Source of the DNA: Candidatus Bathyarchaeota archaeon
Lineage (GTDB): Archaea; Thermoproteota; Bathyarchaeia; Bathyarchaeales; Bathycorpusculaceae
Assembly: GCA_963780185.1 (NCBI GenBank)
Contig: CAWABA010000006.1
Span: forward strand, 384,001 to 448,000
Direction of reading: 5' to 3'
DNA: 64,000 nucleotides
The translations under genes and the position numbers were made by a program. Below the pieces are notes generated by a model, which worked only from the letters and a program-made list of their open reading frames with translations, was not told the origin of the DNA and ran no database searches. This document shows, piece after piece, positions 60,428-64,000 of the stretch (positions are counted from its first letter, which is position 1; every line of letters begins with the position of its first letter).

Positions 60428-62011
60428 TTAACCTATGCTCGCTGTTTGAATTAGATGTATGAAGAACTGCGGGTAAATCCCGACAATGACGACCAGAACC
60501 ACCAATATCGCGAATGACAGTTTGATATAGTTCGGAACGTCAAAGCCCTTGTGGCTTTCCTCCGTGTGCTCGCCTACCTTCGCTGCCTCGACATCCGCGA
60601 TTTCTACGCCGTCTTCACCTTTCGGTTGCCCGAAGAAAATCATCGAAACAAACCTTAGCATGTACGCAAGCGACAGAACCGTGGCGACTAACATGAGGGC
60701 GGTGGGTATTACGTAGAATGAGTCAGTGCGCATAACGTCGAAGGCGCCCACGAAAATCAGGAATTCGCTGATGAAGCACGCAAAAGGCGGCGCTCCCCCG
60801 ATGCTCAACGCTGCGATGGTTGAGGAAACCGCGGTGAAAGGCATCTTGCTTGCTAAGCCGCCCATCTTTCGGATGTCACGTTTTTCGGTTTGATGCATGA
60901 TGCCGCCTGCGCCGAGGAAGAGAAGCCCCTTGCTCAAGGCGTGGCTAATGATGTGCAGGACGGTGCCGGTAATTGCTATCGACGAGGCTAAGATTACTGC
61001 TGAGCCTAATAGGGCACTTTGTGGGAAAAGTGAGAGACCGAACATTATGTAGCCCATGTGGGCGATGCTTGAGTAAGCGATAAGCCGCTTTATGTCGGTG
61101 GAGACCAACGCCACCAGGGAGCCGAAGAACGCAGAGAGTAAGCCGACGATTGAGAGGGCGTGCAGGAAGTCTGTTCCGAAAACTACGCCGACCGATGGAA
61201 AAACCATGCCCAGGGACAGACGCAGGATTGCGTAAGCTCCAGCGCTAATTATGACTCCGCTAAGCAGGGCGGACATGGGTGCAGGGGCTTCTGAGTGGGC
61301 GTCGGGCAGCCATACGTGGACGGGTATGACAGCCATTTTAACTGCGAAGCCTGCGGTTAGTGCGATTAGTATCCATTTGACGATGGTTGGGCTGGCTGTC
61401 AGCAGGGCGGCTTGGGCTGTGAACATGTCGGCACTTCCTGTGGTTATGTAGATTGCGCCGATGCCTAACAGGACGAAGACGGCTCCTGCATGGGTCCATA
61501 TGAAAAGCTTGAAGGCTTGTTTGTAAGAGTCTTTGTAGCCCCATTCGCCGACTATGAAGTAGGCGGGTACAAGCATTAGTTCCCAACAGAGATAGAACAA
61601 TATCAGGTTTGAAGTTATGAAGACGCCGACTAAACCCACAGAGAGCATGGCGAGCAGAGCGTAGTAGACTGCTATGTGTTTTTTGCCTGCCATGTAGTTT
61701 ATTGAGAACAAGGCTGCGACCAGAATAAGTGACAGGCTGACGAGGGCGATTGAGGCGCTTATTCCATCGGTGAACAGTGTGAATTTGACGGTTGTGCTTC
61801 CAGTTGTAAACCAAGTGTAGGGCTCAACGTAGCGGTGCAAAGAACTGTTAAGAATCGAGGGCACAGTAGAGAGAACAAGCAGCATGTTGACGAGGGCGAT
61901 TAACGCAACAAAGATTGCTGCCCACTTCTCTGATTTCTTGCCGACAAAGTAGACGAAAGGTATGCTTATCGCGGGAATTAAAAACACTGAGAGTAAAAGA
62001 GGAAGCGTCAT
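60428..62011 (-). CDS. nuoM: Complex I-like antiporter subunit M
   Basis: FYLCWELML.PAYF, AVKMAVIPVHVWLPDAHSEAP, DIKRLIAYSSIAHMG. Confidence 0.9.
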   Translation of the reverse strand: MTLPLLLSVFLIPAISIPFVYFVGKKSEKWAAIFVALIALVNMLLVLSTVPSILNSSLHRYVEPYTWFTTGSTTVKFTLFTDGISASIALVSLSLILVAALFSINYMAGKKHIAVYYALLAMLSVGLVGVFITSNLILFYLCWELMLVPAYFIVGEWGYKDSYKQAFKLFIWTHAGAVFVLLGIGAIYITTGSADMFTAQAALLTASPTIVKWILIALTAGFAVKMAVIPVHVWLPDAHSEAPAPMSALLSGVIISAGAYAILRLSLGMVFPSVGVVFGTDFLHALSIVGLLSAFFGSLVALVSTDIKRLIAYSSIAHMGYIMFGLSLFPQSALLGSAVILASSIAITGTVLHIISHALSKGLLFLGAGGIMHQTEKRDIRKMGGLASKMPFTAVSSTIAALSIGGAPPFACFISEFLIFVGAFDVMRTDSFYVIPTALMLVATVLSLAYMLRFVSMIFFGQPKGEDGVEIADVEAAKVGEHTEESHKGFDVPNYIKLSFAILVVLVVIVGIYPQFFIHLIQTASIG

Positions 62012-62014
62012 TTT

Positions 62015-63967
62015 TTAGACCCCCACAGTTAATATTATCAATATCACGATCAGTATGAATCCGACCACTGCCGCGGCAATGTAGTTTTGGACAGTTGTTG
62101 ACGGAACCTTTTTGAGTCTATTGGCGGCGCGTTCGGTTCCATATGCGAAGCTGACGGACAGCTTGTTTGCGGAATCTTCGATATATTTGACGCCTGCCGA
62201 GAGTTTTTCGAGCCCTTTGGCGAATGCGTAGTAGGCGTCGTCGAAGAAGTAAGCGTGCTTGAGCATTGTTGCAAGCGGGTTTGATCCGCCGCCGATGTTT
62301 CTAACGCCAAGGAAGTTCTTGTAGTAGCTCCAGTACACCAGTAGGAACGTTGGGATAAGCAGCGATAGGAATATCAGTTCTACAACATCAAATGAGCCTA
62401 ACAGTGAAATGTTAAGGCTGGTCAAACCTGCAGTTAGGGCTGTTTTTGACATGAAATCCAATATGCCAGTCATCGACAAGCCCCAGATGCAGCATAAGGC
62501 AGTCAGAACTGCGGCGGGGATAAGCATGACTTTAGGCATTTCATGTATGTGTTGCTTCTTTATGTGCTCTGATGGGTTACCCATGAATACTAAACTGAAC
62601 ATGCGTATGCAGTAAGCAAACGTTATAATCGCCGCGCCGTAAAGCAGGATTCCCTGCACCACGTTTACGCTGGTTACGCTTGTTATGATCAAGCCTTTGC
62701 TAAAGAAAGCGGCGAACGGGGGCAAACCGCTTGTGGTGATGATCATTATGCCCATAAGTATGAATGAAGCCGGCATGTATTTTCGTAAGCCACCCATAAG
62801 CCGCATGTCTCTTGTACCGATCGCGTGGATGATGCCTCCTGCGATGAGGAATCCCAACCCTTCGAAGAAAGCGTGGCTAACCATGTGGAACAAGCTGGCG
62901 AACCAGCCGGCGGATACGGCTCCTGCAGTTGCCGCGCCAAGCCCAGCCATCATGAAGCCGATTTGGCTGACTGTGGAGTAAGCGAGGACTCCTTTGATGT
63001 CGGTTGTGGTTATAGCCAGTGTGGCGCCGATGAGGGCTGTTATGACGCCTATCCATGCTACTGTTGGGAACCAGAGTGATTGAAGTGCGATGATAAGGGG
63101 ATATGCAACTGTGGCTATGAGGATGAATCTTGCAAGAAGATAGATGCCTGCCTTAACCATGGTGGCGGCGTGTAAGAGGGCGCTTACTGAGGTTGGAGCT
63201 TCCATTGCGCTGTATAGCCAGGTAAATAATGGGAATTGAGCTGATTTGGCGATTGCGCCGCCTAAAACCAGGAAAAACACCGTGACCAGGAGCCCTGTGT
63301 TAAGTGTTCCAGCGTGGGCGGCTGCCGTGAGGGCGTTGATGATGCCCGTGAAGCTGAAGGTATAGAGGGGTCCTGACCCGTTGACGATTGGCCCCGCATA
63401 CAATATGCCTATGGCGGCTAAGAGGGATATGTCGCCGATGCGGGTCATAATGAAAACTTTAACACCTGCATTAACCGATTCAGGACGCTTATACCAAAAC
63501 GCAATCAAAGCGTAAGAGCAAAGCCCCACCATCTCCCAGAAAATGAACATTTGAAGCAGGTTGTCTGAGATTACTAGCCCAGCCATTGAGCCGATGAAGA
63601 GCATGATTAGGAAGTAGTATCGGGTTAACCCTTCTTCGCCTTTCATGTAACCCCATGAGTAAACGGCGATGATTAAGCCGAAGAACGCGACCAAGCACAC
63701 AAACAACACGCTAAGCGGGTCGATGTAAACGCCTGCACTAATATTACTTGAAAGCCAAGGGACCGAGTGGATTATAGCTGTTCCGTTTCCGTTCCAGACG
63801 GCTGGAATAAGCGAAAACGCTAAGCCCGCGACGGCCGCCATGACGCCTATGACGAAGTAATTGCGGATTTTGTCGCCTTTCTTAGCAATCACTGGAACGA
63901 ATAGGCATGCTATTAGCGGAAGAACCCAAACAGCCCATGCAGAAAACTCAGTTACGTCGAAAGTCAT
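62015..63967 (-). CDS. nuoL: Complex I-like antiporter subunit L
   Basis: DPLS, FIFWEMVGLCSY, TRIGD, KSAQFPLFTWL..AMEAPTSVSALLHAATMV, DIKGVLAYSTVSQ. Confidence 0.92.
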   Translation of the reverse strand: MTFDVTEFSAWAVWVLPLIACLFVPVIAKKGDKIRNYFVIGVMAAVAGLAFSLIPAVWNGNGTAIIHSVPWLSSNISAGVYIDPLSVLFVCLVAFFGLIIAVYSWGYMKGEEGLTRYYFLIMLFIGSMAGLVISDNLLQMFIFWEMVGLCSYALIAFWYKRPESVNAGVKVFIMTRIGDISLLAAIGILYAGPIVNGSGPLYTFSFTGIINALTAAAHAGTLNTGLLVTVFFLVLGGAIAKSAQFPLFTWLYSAMEAPTSVSALLHAATMVKAGIYLLARFILIATVAYPLIIALQSLWFPTVAWIGVITALIGATLAITTTDIKGVLAYSTVSQIGFMMAGLGAATAGAVSAGWFASLFHMVSHAFFEGLGFLIAGGIIHAIGTRDMRLMGGLRKYMPASFILMGIMIITTSGLPPFAAFFSKGLIITSVTSVNVVQGILLYGAAIITFAYCIRMFSLVFMGNPSEHIKKQHIHEMPKVMLIPAAVLTALCCIWGLSMTGILDFMSKTALTAGLTSLNISLLGSFDVVELIFLSLLIPTFLLVYWSYYKNFLGVRNIGGGSNPLATMLKHAYFFDDAYYAFAKGLEKLSAGVKYIEDSANKLSVSFAYGTERAANRLKKVPSTTVQNYIAAAVVGFILIVILIILTVGV

Positions 63968-64000
63968 TGTGTTTCAGCCTCGCTTTCAGCTTTTTCCCCG

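Noticed and set aside
54128-63698. Antisense ORFs within hppA, proBA and nuoLMN
   Set aside because: Opposite-strand shadows of well-supported genes
58898-63967. Calling these Mrp antiporter or hydrogenase subunits
   Set aside because: The L-M-N order and sizes fit a complex I-like operon; upstream subunits are outside the window, so the electron-input module cannot be judged

Overview
Archaeal chromosomal window, most consistent with Bathyarchaeia/TACK (TBP, TFS, pelota, eL38, a Cren7-like protein, methanofuran genes, HppA, NuoL/M/N); the lineage call is inference. Core content: tRNA-Val(CAC), tRNA-Phe(GAA), RNase P RNA, an mfnB-A-D-F-E methanofuran operon with a divergent HisA-like gene, tbp, pelA, tfs, an NcsA/TtuA-like thiouridylase, AK6, hppA, proBA, nuoLMN, ABC and MMPL transporters, a PAS histidine kinase and a RelE-type toxin-antitoxin pair. 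Many genes between about 1.5 and 45 kb are broken by single-base indels, most likely long-read consensus errors. Main leads: (1) an AT-rich two-gene island (PIN-like protein plus metallo-beta-lactamase-fold protein, 50116-53374) that is a candidate defence system; (2) a 19-bp motif GGTATACAAAAGCATCAAC found four times in the intergenic DNA of the first 7.6 kb, including an inverted pair around a gene-poor gap; (3) a cluster of unannotated tiny Lys/Arg-rich ORFs at 30.5-32.2 kb; (4) a hyaluronan-synthase/NodC-like GT2 plus CE4 deacetylase operon; (5) an N-terminally truncated pelota/eRF1-like paralog; (6) a tandemly duplicated TATA box at the tbp promoter. All family calls come from motif recognition, not database searches.
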